DNA of 64,000 nucleotides from Hypanus sabinus (GCF_030144855.1 NC_082732.1:20026001-20090000), one strand, 5' to 3'. Positions 37,758-49,409 are shown, counted from the first letter of the stretch. Made by a program: numbers and translations. The notes: generated by a model from the letters alone, not told the origin.

Positions 37758-38646
37758 TTGAGAAAGAAACTGTAATTGTTGTGCACTACATTACATGATT
37801 GCCTTCCTAAGTTAGCGAGGAATTCCCCAGAGCTGTTCCAACATTGATATAAATGGCCTTTTGTCTAGGGGAATAGTGTAGTTAGGGGGATAGTTATTGT
37901 ATGGAGAGCTTTTACTACTGCCTGGATGTAGTTGGAGAACTGATAATTTTTTAACATCTCTCTTTTCACATTGATAATATAAAGAAGGATGCCATTTGGC
38001 CTATTGTGTCCATACTAGCTAAATATGAACTCCAGGTTCATATGAATCTATAGAGAACTACAGGCATCATGGAATATCTTCCCAGCTCTTAGACAAGGTC
38101 TTGTAAGTTAAGTTTCTTTAAGTGCTTATCCCAGTAATGTTTAAGCATGTTGAGAATATCTATCCCAAGCAACTTTTCAGGTAGTGAGTTTCAGACCCCC
38201 ACCATTAATTGAATGGATTTTTTTCTCAACACCCCTGCACAGAAGATGCAATGGGATGGATAAGTGTGATGGAGAAGTACAAGCTTAACTCATATTGATT
38301 ATAGTTTCCAGTGTTGCCTGGAGAATTGTGATATTACCCTTCAAAACTAAGGCTTCCCTTAGATTCATATGAACTTGTGGTTCATATATGGCTAGTATGG
38401 ACACAATAGGCCAATTGGCCTCCTTCTTTATGGCATCACTGTGAAAAGAGAGATTCTAAAAATTATCAGTCCTCCAACTACATTCAGACAATAGTAAAAG
38501 CTCTTCATACCTTACCTCTAGCTACACTCTTCCCCTCGACAACAGGCCATTGATGTCAACATTGAAACAGCTTTAGGAAATATCCTCACCAACTTGGAAC
38601 GATAATCATGTAATGTAGCCCCCAACAGTTACAGTTTCTTTCTCAA
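37758..38646. repeat. Diverged inverted duplication (arms ~37758-38050 and ~38360-38646)
   Basis: Colinear reverse-complement blocks, e.g. TTGAGAAAGAAACTGTAA / TTACAGTTTCTTTCTCAA and TTGGCCTATTGTGTCCATACTAGC / GCTAGTATGGACACAATAGGCCAA. Confidence 0.9.
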
Positions 38647-40009
38647 GAATCCCTAGTCCATGAGAAACCATGCAGTGAATCATCATAGCAAGTGACTTTT
38701 AGTGGAGAACTTAACCTTTCTCTCTCTCTCAGCACGTCTGTGATAAAATTACCAAATGTTTACATGCATGAATACATTTTTAAATTCTTGCATGGTTGGG
38801 GAAACGCATTTACTGTGTGCCTGTGGGTATATCTTTGGATCTCTGTTTACTTGCATCCAGTCAGGGTACTGGATGGAAGAAAAGCATGAAAAGAAGGAAT
38901 CAGTTAATAACCACGCCAAGGTGCTAAGTGCATAAATTTATATATTCCGCAATTGTCTGCAGTAAAATAAATTATTATTTTCCATCTTGAGATCTGTTCC
39001 AGTGACGTCACATCAGAGATGTGTGATGGGAGCGTGCTGTTATGCATCTGACCGCGTCTCTTGTTGATCTGTGGGCCTTAATTCTTCCTCACTAGACTGA
39101 TAAAACACTTTACAGTATGTTGAGGTTGTGCTTGGCAGGGCAATGAGAAACTGAGAGGCAATTGGGCACCAGCTAATTTCTTCCTGAGACAACCAACTGC
39201 TCTGATAGTTGAGGGGATGTAACAGATGAAACTCATATCACACTTTCTCTGTTTCTGGCAGGGATCCTGGATACCTCAATCTCCTGCGCTGAAACACCAC
39301 ATTGCCTTTGTAAATAGTAGACTGATCACTCTTGAGCTTGATAGAAAGCAGGTGAACTCCTAATCCTCCTCTGGCACAGCAGCGCGACTCATGCTGGCTA
39401 GGACGCTGGGAATCTCGAGTTCGATTAAAACCTTGAGAAAATGAGCTTTGATTGTTTGGAGGGTGGAGGAGAAACGAAAGAGGAACCAAGCAAGTCACAG
39501 CTTTGGAATAAGTTATTGCTATACCAACGACTGGAAGGTTTTTTGTGTTAATTCTGCCCTAATCCCACCATTGTCTTGAGGAGCGGATTGATTATAATTA
39601 GGGCTTGGTGCCGGGGAAATGGGCCTGGGAGAGTGTGCAAACTTTAGTTCACTTCTCCCACAAGTGGATTTGGGGAACTTTGTGGAGACAACATTTTGGG
39701 AGTCAGACAGCAAATACCCTCATTAAATACCCTAAATACTACAATATCAAGAGTAGCACAGTAAAGCTGCTGCGTCACAGCTACAGTTCAGTTGTGACCT
39801 CTGTGTGGACAGCCAAAGGTCTGATTCTGCGCTGTATGACTTTATGACTTTACGATTAAGGAGACATGGTGTGTCCCTCCAGAAGCCAGCAAATTTAAAT
39901 ACCCTTGCTCACCCTTGTTTCTGTCGGAATTGCAGGAAGACCTTGGCGGAATGGTATAAAGTAACATCAATGATATGTTCTCTCTTGATTACTGTCCTGA
40001 ATAGAACTT

Positions 40010-40272
40010 GTATGCGATGAGGAACTGCTTTTCCCAGGGGGTGGTGAATCTGTGGAATTCTCTGCCCAATGAAGCAGTGAAGGCTACCTCAGTAAATATA
40101 TTTAAGACAAGGTTGGATATGTTTTCACATAGTCGGGGAATTAAGGGTTATGGGAAACAGCAGGTAGGTGGAGATGAGTCCATGGCCAGATCAGCCATGA
40201 TCTTATTGAATGGCAGAGCAGGCTCAATGGGCCAGATGGCCTCCTCCTGCTCCTATTTCTTATGTTCTTATG
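40010..40272 (+). mobile_element. CR1 3' end
   Basis: RNCFSQGVVNLWNSLP..V.A.SV.IFK..LD, then 3'UTR ending TTCTTATGTTCTTATG. Confidence 0.85.
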
Positions 40273-41084
40273 CTTTTGGAAAGGCTATCATTATTTTCCA
40301 GTCTGCTTCTCTCTCTCTCTCATATTAAAAACACTGGTTCTTTGATGACTTGCCACTGACTACCATCTTAGCAACACATTATTATCCACATGCAGTATGT
40401 GTGAGCCCGTCTAGTGATTCTTTGCTGACTATCCAACAACTAGAGGCATTGCAGCCAAGCCAGATTCTGTTCTCAGCCCAACTCCCTGGAATTTCAGTGG
40501 GTATCACCAGATGGTAGACAAGGGAATGGTGACTATGAGTTAAGGCCAATTGTGATGCTGTCTATCACCTTGACTTTGCACAAATAATTCAGTTACTAGG
40601 GTTCACCCTAGGCAAATGTGATCTGTTCAGCCAAACAAGTAAAAATAAAGAAAATTATATTCATGAATATGTCCAAACTCATGATGTCCCAGATGTCTTA
40701 AATGGTATTTATAGCTTTTCTGCAGCTTGGGTCTGACACAAAACAGTCAGTTTTCCCACTATTTAGCAGTCCTTCTGAGACAGGGCTCAGTTGTGCAAGT
40801 CGAGGCTCAGTGGGAGAAGGCTGAATTATGGTGAGCTGGCAGTACTGTTCAGTAGGTGCCAAGCACACTGGTACTGGGGTGTGTTGTAGATGTAATTGGT
40901 GCACTGGCCAATCAACATTGGCCAAACAAGATATGCAGAACCGAGTCACAAGGTTCAAATCTAGAATTGCCATTTGTGACAGATGGTACACAATTAAACA
41001 TAGAGTTCGTCTAGTATTTGCTTCTTAACAACGTACGGTAGGAGGGATTGGAAGATGCAGGATATGCCTTCCTAGTGTTCCCTC

Positions 41085-41550
41085 CAACAAGGCCACCCTC
41101 GGGATGGAGGAGCAACACCTTATAGTCCACCTGAGTAGTCTCCAACCTGATGGCGTGAATATCGATCTTCTCCTTCCAGCAAAAAAATTCACTGCCCCTT
41201 GCTTCTTCTTATATTCCCCACTCTAGCCTCTTACCTCTTCTCACCTGCCTATCATCTTCCCCAGATCCCTTGCTCCTTCCCTTTCTCCTATAGTCTATTC
41301 CCTTCTTTTATCAGATTCCTTCCTCTCCAGCCCTTTACTTTTCCTACCCATCAGGCTTCATCTAGCATCTTCTAGCTACCCCCTTCCCCTCCACCCACCT
41401 TTTCATTCTGGCATCTTCCCCTTCCTTGCCAATCCTGAAGAAGGCTCTTGACCAGAAACACCGACCGTCTATTCATTTCCATAGATACTGCCTGACCTGC
41501 TGAGTTTCTCCACCATTTTGTGCGTGTTGCTTTGGATTTCCAGCATCTGT
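41085..41550 (+). mobile_element. Penelope-like element 3' end
   Basis: KATLGMEEQHLIVHLSSLQPDGVNID (PLE endonuclease C-terminus); pLTR homologous to 6850-7217, with decayed CTGAAGA..GAAAC hammerhead motif at ~41431-41467. Confidence 0.8.
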
Positions 41551-42574
41551 ACACCTGCTCCTGTTTATGCTCTCCCTCTCTCTTTTTGACATAAATTATA
41601 AGCATCTTTCCGTTCATCTTCCCCTCTCTCCTCCCAATAACGTCCTTTGACTTCTGATGTCAGGCTTACTCCTGTCCAGAGGGAAAACAAACATTTCAGT
41701 TATCAGAGGAATGCTTCATTTCATTCCACACGTCACTGAAATAAGCTGCACTTTTAAGCCCTTCCAAAGCAACTTGAGCCTCATACTGAATGAAGTAAGT
41801 GACCAAAACGGACCCAGAGTGGCCTGGACCCAGAACAAAGGAACAAACAGTTTTGTGTGAAGTACCCCAGGTCTGACTTCCTCCAGTTTATTGTTTCCTG
41901 GTTCTGATTCTTCTCCATAGGGAATAACATTTTGTTGTTAGTGCTGCAGTCAGATCAGGAAAGAATATGCAACTGGAAATCTGCGCCTGCTCCTTTATTT
42001 TCTTTCTCCTTTATTCTCCGATCCAGAAGTTTTCACCTTTGGCAGTGGCCTATTTGTGTTGAACTGATTTATGACCTATTTATATGGAACATCAACATAG
42101 AGAAGGGCTCCTGTGTCGGTTGCCTCAGGCTCTTCGAGCACCACAATTCAGGGTTTATGTAACCTTCCAGCTGCCACAGCACCAGACTAAATTCATACCG
42201 ATGAGCTTGTGAAGGCACAGTTCCTTTCAACTTATTATTCCTGCCTTCCCATTGGTATTGGTCCAAGCCAGCTCATGGAAAGCTGTCTACTGGGTTTGTG
42301 TGGTTGGAATCAGCCTGGTGGTGGGCACAGGAAACAGCCAGCCAGAACCTCGCGTAACAGCCCTGCACATCAGAAGAAGCAGCCTTCCCTCTATGGACTC
42401 GATAAAGCAGCTACAGTAATCCAAGACCTCACCCATCCCAACCATTCCCTCTTTTCCCTTCTCCCATCTGGCAGAAGATACAAAAACCTGAAAGTACGTA
42501 CCAGCAGGCTCAAGGGCAGCCTCTGTCTCTGTTTTCCTACTCTTAAGTCTTGCGACAAAGAGGACTACAGAACT

Positions 42575-44287
42575 TTGTGCCCAGACAAGCTCAATTCCTT
42601 CCATGCTCACTTTGACCACCAGAACAGGGAGGAATCATCGTGCACCCCCATGAATCCAGATGGTCCTTTGGTCTCAGTATCTGAAGATGATGTGAGGGCA
42701 GCCTTCAAGAGAATGAATCCAAGGAAAGCATCTGGTGCAGACAGAATGCCTGGTCGAATACTGAAGACCTGTGCTGCCTTCAACCTCTCACTCCGGCAGT
42801 GTGTGGTACCCATCTGCTTCAACCTGGCTTCAATCGTACCGGTGCCCAAGAAGAGCGTGGTAAACTGCCTAAATGACTATCGCCCAGAGATACTTACATC
42901 CACAATGATGAAATGTTTTGACAGGCTGGTATTGACAGCATATGAGCACTCACGTCTGAGTGGCGACTTGGATCAGCTCCAAATTACCTACCAAAGCAAC
43001 AGGTCTACAGTAGAGCAACACACACAAAATGCTGGTGGAACGCAGCAGGCCAGGCAGCATTTTGTGTGTGTTGCTTGAATTTCCAGCATCTGCAGATTTC
43101 CTCAGGTCTACAGTAGATGCTATCTCGTTGGCTCTTCACACATCCCTGGGACATCTGCATAGTAAAGATGCATACATCAAGATGCTCGTTAAAGATTACA
43201 GCTCAGCATTTAGCACCATCATCCCCTCAAAACTTATCAGTAAATTCCAAGTCCAGGGCCTCAATAACCCCTTGTGCAATTAGGTCTTGGTTTTCCTCAC
43301 CTGTAGATCCCAGTCAGTCTGGATTGACAAAAACATCTCCTCCACAATCTCCATCAGCACAGGAGCACCATGGGGGATGTGTGCTTAGTTCCTACCCTAC
43401 TCACTTTACATTTACGACTGTGTCATAGCTCCAACACTACATACCAGTTCGCTGATGACACTAAATGTTGTGGGCCATGTCAAAGGTGGTGATGAATCAG
43501 CATACTGAGTGGTGTAATAACAATAACCTCTAATAACCTCTAACCAATGTTAATAAGACCAAGAAACTAACAGTAGGCTTCAGGAGAGGGAAACCAGAGG
43601 TCCATGAAGGACCAGAGGAGGAGAAGGTGTCACTATTTCAGAAGACCTGTCCTGGACCCATCATATCAATATAATTTCAAAGAAAGTACAACAGCACCTC
43701 TACTTCCTCAAGAATCTGCTGGGATTCGACATGTCATCAAAATCTTTGGCAGACTTCTATAGATGTGTGGTGTAAAGTGTGTTGATTGGCTGCATTATGG
43801 CCTGGTATGGGAACACCAATACCATTGAAAGGAAAATCCCACAAAAAGTAGTGGATTTGGCCCAGGTCATCATGGGTAATACCCTCCCAATTATTGAGCA
43901 CATCTACATGAAACATTGCTGTGGAAAAGCAGCGTCCATCATCAAAGATCCTCACCACCCAGGCCATGCTCTTTTCTCACTGCTGCCATCAGGTAGAAGG
44001 TATAAGTGTCTCAGGATTCATGCTACCAGGTTCAAGGACAGTTACTATGCCTCAACCATCAGGCTCTTGAACAAAAGGGGATACACATGCTCATTTAAGG
44101 ACTCTTTTATCTTGTTATTTCATTATTTATTGCTGTTTATTTATAACTGCATTTCTGTAGTTTGTTGTCCATTGTTTGCAGTTACTGTTCTATAGATTTG
44201 CTAAGTATGCCCTCAGAAAAAGGATCTCAGGGTTGGCTGCGGTGACATCTATGTACTCTAATAATAAATTTTACTTTGACTTTGACT
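42575..44287 (+). mobile_element. Rex1/Babar-type LINE, degraded RT through 3' tail
   Basis: NPRKASG.D, IVPVPKK..NCLNDYRP, DYSSAF.TI.P, FADDT, LFSLLPSGRRY; tail AATAAATTTTACTTTGACTTTGAC. Confidence 0.9.
43015..43102. mobile_element. 88-bp hairpin mini-element (Penelope pLTR-derived) with 15-bp TSD
   Basis: TSD CAGGTCTACAGTAGA at 43000-43014 and 43103-43117; perfect 20-bp inverted repeat GCAACACACACAAAATGCTG / CAGCATTTTGTGTGTGTTGC. Confidence 0.9.
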
Positions 44288-44959
44288 CATGAATGGACAT
44301 CACAATCTATCAGCATCATAAGAGTGGTTTAATGAGTTGCAAGTGTCCTGTAACCCACTGTCCGCAACTGACAAGATGCCAGAATGTCAAAGACGAAGAC
44401 TTCCTAATGGTAGATTATATGATGCTCTGTAGTTACAGCAGATACCATTGATTCTTTCTGTTCCCTTTTGTTTATCTTCTTGCTGGATTTTGGTTGGATC
44501 AACAGCTTTCAACATCTCATCTTGGTTATTCTTTACAAATGAGTGGTGGCAGGCTACCCTCAAAAAGGCTTTTTATTTCTGGTAAAAAACCGAAAATTGG
44601 TTTTATTTGACCATTACGCTTGGCGGCTTGATATTTTCTTTGGTTCGTGGGTGACTTCCCATAATGTTAGTTTCTGTTATCTTCTGTAAGCTTCCTGTGG
44701 CATTGTCTGCACAGTATTTTTCAAATCCAGCCCATCTTGGAGTCAAAAGGAAGTACCTTGGTCTCTTGAAATATATCACACACTATCTTGTAATCTTATG
44801 TTCTGCAGATCATTAAATAGCATAGGTCAGAGTTCAAGTTCAGCTAATAACGATCAGGCACCTTAAATGACTAAATATTACTGAACACTAGTGATATATT
44901 TTAGCAAATACAAATCATAAAAGGTTTAATAAGGTACTCTGGCCCTGTAAATGAAAGGG

Positions 44960-45413
44960 TTATGCATGAAGAGCATTTGATAGTTCTGGGGGTCTTTACT
45001 CACTGGAGTTTAGAAGAATGAGGGAGATCTCACTGAAACCTTTTGAATATTGGAAGGCCTAGATAGAGTGGATGTGGAGAGGATGTTTCCTGTAGTGGGT
45101 GAGTCTAGGACCCGAGGGCACAGGCTCAAAATACAAGGATGTCCCTTTAGAATAGAGATGAGGTGGAATTTCTTTAGCAAGTGGGTGTTGAATCTGTGGA
45201 GTCCATTGCCACAGATGGCTGCGGAGGTCAAGTCATATTTAAAGCAGAGGTCAATATGTTCTTATTTAGTAAGGGTGTCAAAGTTACGGGGAGAAGGCAG
45301 GAGAATGATGCTGAGAGAAGGATAATAAATCAGCCATAATGGAATGGCAGAGAGGACTCCAGAGGTTGAAAGGCCTAATTCTGTTCTTTTGTCTTATGGT
45401 TTTATGGTCTTAT
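44960..45413 (+). mobile_element. CR1 3' end
   Basis: GLDRVDVERMFP.VGESRTRGH.LK..G..FR.E.R.NFFS..V.NLW..LP; TATGGTCTTATG tail. Confidence 0.9.
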
Positions 45414-46938
45414 GTCACCATTCAATCAGATCATAGCTGACTGATCCCCCATTTTCAAATACCTATCTTTATTCCAGATTTCCTCCCTTACAAAACCACA
45501 CGCAGTAACACTCAATCTTAGCTGGATTTAAGATATAATTCTCTTCCTTATTCTGTGGTTTCGCTTCATTGACTTATGTCTCTGCTAAATTTAGATCGGC
45601 TGCCTCAGACAATAATTCAGTTAAGTTGCCGGTTTGTATTCCCTTGGAAATATTCTAGAATGAATGGTATTTCCCATAACTGCCTTGGATGGCCATCCAT
45701 TCACAGGTTACCACAAAAACGTAGCGACATTCTGAAGTCGAATTCAGAGACGCTCTAGGTCATCACCGTTTGTCTGGTTGAGATGATAATCTGACAAAAT
45801 TGATGCACCATCTCGAAAAGAAAAAATGCAGACATTTATATGTGTTTTGCTACCTCAGAATGTAAGAAACACAGTGCAGCCAGTGCAATATTCCTTGATG
45901 AGAATTCCTTGAAATGACTTTCAGATTTTCGTAGGAAACTTGGAGACCAGGATAGCCACAGCCACTTCCCACAAGCAGCAATGAAATAATCTGTTTGAAA
46001 CAACAGTGATCAAAAATGGTATCCTCTGCATATCATATTTAGTATTATCTTACAAAATGAGTCTATTCCAGGCCTCAGAGCAAACCCATTAATCCCACTC
46101 CCTCAAGTTATGTTCTGACACTGTTTTCTTTCACACATTTCAACTTTCACCATCTGATTGTGCCACCAGTAATACTGGAGGTGATTTAGAATTGCCAAAT
46201 GCCCAATCCCAGGATGTGGGTGGACACTGGAGTACAGAGGCAGCCCCTCATAGTGATAGGGAGTATGCACAAAATCCACACTGATGCCACCAGGGGTCAG
46301 AATTGAACTTGCTTCCTGGAGCTGTGCTCCTCTGTGATGTCTAAGTACGGCTGGCTCCCCAACTCTTGCCACTATCCTTTTCGAGATCTTTTCCGTCTCC
46401 CTTTTGCTCTTGTCTCACCGCGTGAAAAATGAATGACAGAGGGCACAGCCTCGAACTAAAATGATCAGCGTTTGAGAAAGTAAGGCTCAGGGAGAATTAG
46501 CAGACCTTTATAAAGCATAATGGTATTCTTTGGCATAAACCTATCAAGCAATTTGGCTCAGGTCCTGAGCATGGTCTAACATCTGAATAGAAAGCACTTT
46601 CCTCAGACTTTAAACTTTTCACCTGCGCTGTTGCTAAAGGTCAATAACTGACTCTGTAGTGTTTCTTCCGTTATGTTGAGAGGAGGATTAGTTGCACCAC
46701 AAAAGAAGTTAACTAACCAAAATGAGTTGTCCGATGAGTAAGTGATCAAGTGCAAGGATGGTGTATTTCTCATCTGTCCATTGGTGTGGAATTAAACTCT
46801 ATGTTAGAAAACTTGTCAGGACAGTTTGCGCATGCCCACTTGCAGAAGGTTATAAGGGTTAGGTATTTATGAAGATTGTTGCATGATATTAGAGGAAGAA
46901 GGATGATTATGACAATGATATTTCATTTCCTGATACAG

Positions 46939-47127
46939 ATAAAGTGTCAGATGAAGGTGATCCAGTTACAGTTGGTGGAAGTGAAGATAAAAATGGCTCC
47001 GCACTGCCTGTGACTCCAGTACCAGGAAGTGAAAGGACTGAATCTGAAGAAGACAGCAGAGATTCTAATGCCACGTCCTCAATGGAGTCAAACTCAGCTG
47101 AAAAGGAAGGACCTGAAGCTGAGGAAG
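46939..47127 (+). CDS. PDPN: Podoplanin ectodomain exon (63 codons, acidic Ser/Glu-rich)
   Basis: Acceptor TTTCATTTCCTGATACAG, donor AAG|GTATTG, 189 nt phase 1-1, open in the frame joining the signal and TM exons; contains PLAG-like EGDPVTVG. Confidence 0.78.
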
Positions 47128-47315
47128 GTATTGTGTTAAATGAAGTACCTAATGCAATATAGCACACTGATGTGTTAAACAGGGTGATATTCTTTTCCAC
47201 AAGAAAAACACCTTGAAATTCAGCTATATCATTCTCAGCACTGTGTGTTAATCTGGTTTTATAGAATTTCCAGTGGATTGTACCACTCTGGAAACTTGAC
47301 TGGACAATTCCAATT

Positions 47316-47617
47316 GGGTGTGGCACGTGGCCAAGTGGTTAAGGCTTTGGACTAGCAATCTGACGGTTGTGAGTTCGAACCCCAGCTGAGGCAGCATGTT
47401 GTGTCCTTGAGCAAGGCCTTAACCACACTTTGCTCCAGTCCAGCCAGCTGAAAATGGGTACCGGCAAAATGCTGGGGGTTAACCTCGGGATAGACTGGCG
47501 TCCTATCCCGGGGGGGGGGGTCTCATACTCTCAGTCGCTTCACACCACGGAAACCGACATAAGCACCGGCCTGATGAGCCTATAAGGCTCGGGACAGACT
47601 TTAACTTTTAACTAACT
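47316..47617 (+). mobile_element. Full-length tRNA-head SINE with TSD
   Basis: A box TGGCCAAGTGG, B box GAGTTCGAACC, central domain with AAAATGGGTACCGGC, 3' stem-loop GAGCCTATAAGGCTC, TTTAAC tail; TSD AATTCC(A/T)ATTGGG at 47306-47318 and 47618-47630. Confidence 0.88.
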
Positions 47618-47660
47618 AATTCCTATTGGGAATCAAATACAATATGTGCAGTTAAGTGAC

Positions 47661-47780
47661 TTCCACATCAGACTCCATGTAATTACATCATTCCACATTG
47701 ACCCTTTGAAATGACATCATTCCACATCAGACTCTATGTAATGACATCATTCTACATTGGATCCCGTGTTGTGACACCAT
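47661..47780. repeat. Four ~30-bp tandem units in an A-B-A-B pattern
   Basis: TTCCACATCAGACTC(C/T)ATGTAAT(T/G)ACATCA alternating with TT(C)(C/T)ACATTG...TGACA(T/C)CA. Confidence 0.75.
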
Positions 47781-48431
47781 AGTGCTCACTGAGGCACATT
47801 ATTTCAAGATGTTTCCACCATTATTACTCACATCCCAAAGAGGTGTTCATGGCATGGCTTGTTTTCGAGAAGGGTTTCAAGAAAACTCAGTCTGTTGCCA
47901 AGATTGCATTTAAGGGTTTAGCAGCTCCATTCTAGCTCCCCACTTCACCCCATCCTAAGCAAACAACACCACATATCACAAAATCACTCAAAAATCCTCA
48001 ATCACCCAAGATTCCTCACTCACCCATTACCTGAGTCCATCACTCCTCCCCCAGGAACAGATCAATTCCCCTCCACTTTTCATCCTAAACACGCTCTCCC
48101 ACCCACCCATTGCTTCCACCACTACAACAGGCCCCAATCCATCAATTGCTGCCCCTACAACCCACCGCTGACTGAAAACTTCAATCTGCCCAAATACTCA
48201 CTCTCTAAGTCTCCAACATTGACCAGACCCTATTCTTCTATTCCAATATCCTACTTCCTCTGGCCTCTCTCCATGGCAACCCTCCTATCCCTGCTCCTTC
48301 CACATGGCAACCCTCTCCATGGCAACCCTCCTATCCCTGCTCCTTCCACACTATATTCCTCTGAAGTGCTTTCTGCGGCTGCAGCTTGCATTGGAGGGAC
48401 CATCCACAATGGGATAGAAGGTGTCATGGCA

Positions 48432-48692
48432 ATGTAGCGGTTGGCATGATTCTATTACTGTTCAATCCTGACGTCCTCCATAAGGAGTTTATGTGTCCTC
48501 CCTGTGGAATGCATGGGTTTCCTGCAGGTGCTCCAGTTTCCTCCCCACAGTCCAAAACTGGTCAGCAGACTAAATGGTCATTGTAAATTGGCCCGTGATT
48601 GGGGTAGGGTTAAATCGGGGGTTGCTGGTTGGTGCGGCTTGAAGGGCTGGAAGAGCCTATTCCACACAGTATCTCTAAACAAAAGATAAACT
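48432..48692 (+). mobile_element. V-SINE-like element
   Basis: tRNA-like head, GGGTTTCC..GGTGCTCCAGTTTCCTCCCCACAGTCCAAA core, CR1-like tail. Confidence 0.75.
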
Positions 48693-48769
48693 AAACATGA
48701 ATATTCTGCTGAAGTATGTCTCTGAGAGAAGCGCTGGGGGTGCCTCCCTCTGAAACTCTGGCAGCGTTT

Positions 48770-49143
48770 TGATCTCTGGCGAGATCACTCTGCTACAGAA
48801 AGGGACAGGCCTGCCACTGGACCTAAAGAATAGTACCCAAATTTTCTGCATTTTGGATATCGACAAGGACTACAGACTTTTTTTCTCATTCTTATAGTTT
48901 TTTATATTCTGTGTTTTTCCCCCCAATCTTTCTCAGTTTTGTTTTGTGTGCGGGGAAGGAGGATTTGGGGGTTGACGTGCCTGTTCTGTTTTTGTTCATT
49001 TTTGTGCAGGGAGGAGGGATTTGGGGGTCAATGATTGAGCTGCTGTTCTCTTCCTTTCTTTTTTGGCTTTGTAGCTATCTGAAGAAGAAAAATAAATCCA
49101 GAGTTGTATACTTTGATAATAAAATGAACCTTCGAACCTTTGA
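48770..49143 (+). mobile_element. Non-autonomous retroposon with Rex1/Babar-like tail
   Basis: Tail AATCCAGAGTTGTATACTTTGATAATAAAATGAACCTTCGAACCTTTGA. Confidence 0.55.
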
Positions 49144-49291
49144 GCAAGGATGAGCAGAGGAAGACACAAAGGAAAGCAGTTGTAGGGATTGCAGATGTGA
49201 GTCCATTCCATTCACAACAGATGGAATGATGGAGCCAACACTTCAATCACCTAATCACCTAATGACATAACTTTCTGTCTCCTCTTCCCAG

Positions 49292-49409
49292 GGAAGGACT
49301 TCCTAGAAATGCTCACCTTGATTGGGATCATAGTGGGTGCGATCATAGCTGTAATTGTTGTCCTGACGATTATTGTTGTCATCATCAAGAAAATGTCTGG
49401 TGGATACTC
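49292..49409 (+). CDS. PDPN: Podoplanin transmembrane and cytoplasmic exon (GKDFLEMLTLIGIIVGAIIAVIVVLTIIVVIIKKMSGGYS)
   Basis: Polypyrimidine acceptor CTTTCTGTCTCCTCTTCCCAG, donor TC|GTAAGT; matches mammalian podoplanin KDGL..VTLVGIIVG....IIVVVMRKMSGRYSP. Confidence 0.93.

Noticed and set aside
42209-43078. 289-aa ORF as a host gene
   Set aside because: Chance read-through across two adjacent Rex fragments and the hairpin insert
47128-47162. Extension of the ectodomain ORF to the stop at 47162 (secreted isoform)
   Set aside because: Simple read-through past the GTATTG donor; no evidence for intron retention from sequence alone
47316-47395. tRNA gene
   Set aside because: A/B boxes run into a SINE body, tail and TSD; no proper acceptor stem
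47548-47592. Hammerhead ribozyme in the SINE tail (GAAAC...CTGATGA-GCC-TATAA-GGC)
   Set aside because: No GAAA after the hairpin, and no helix I/NUH arrangement for a permuted form; better explained as a LINE-type 3' stem-loop
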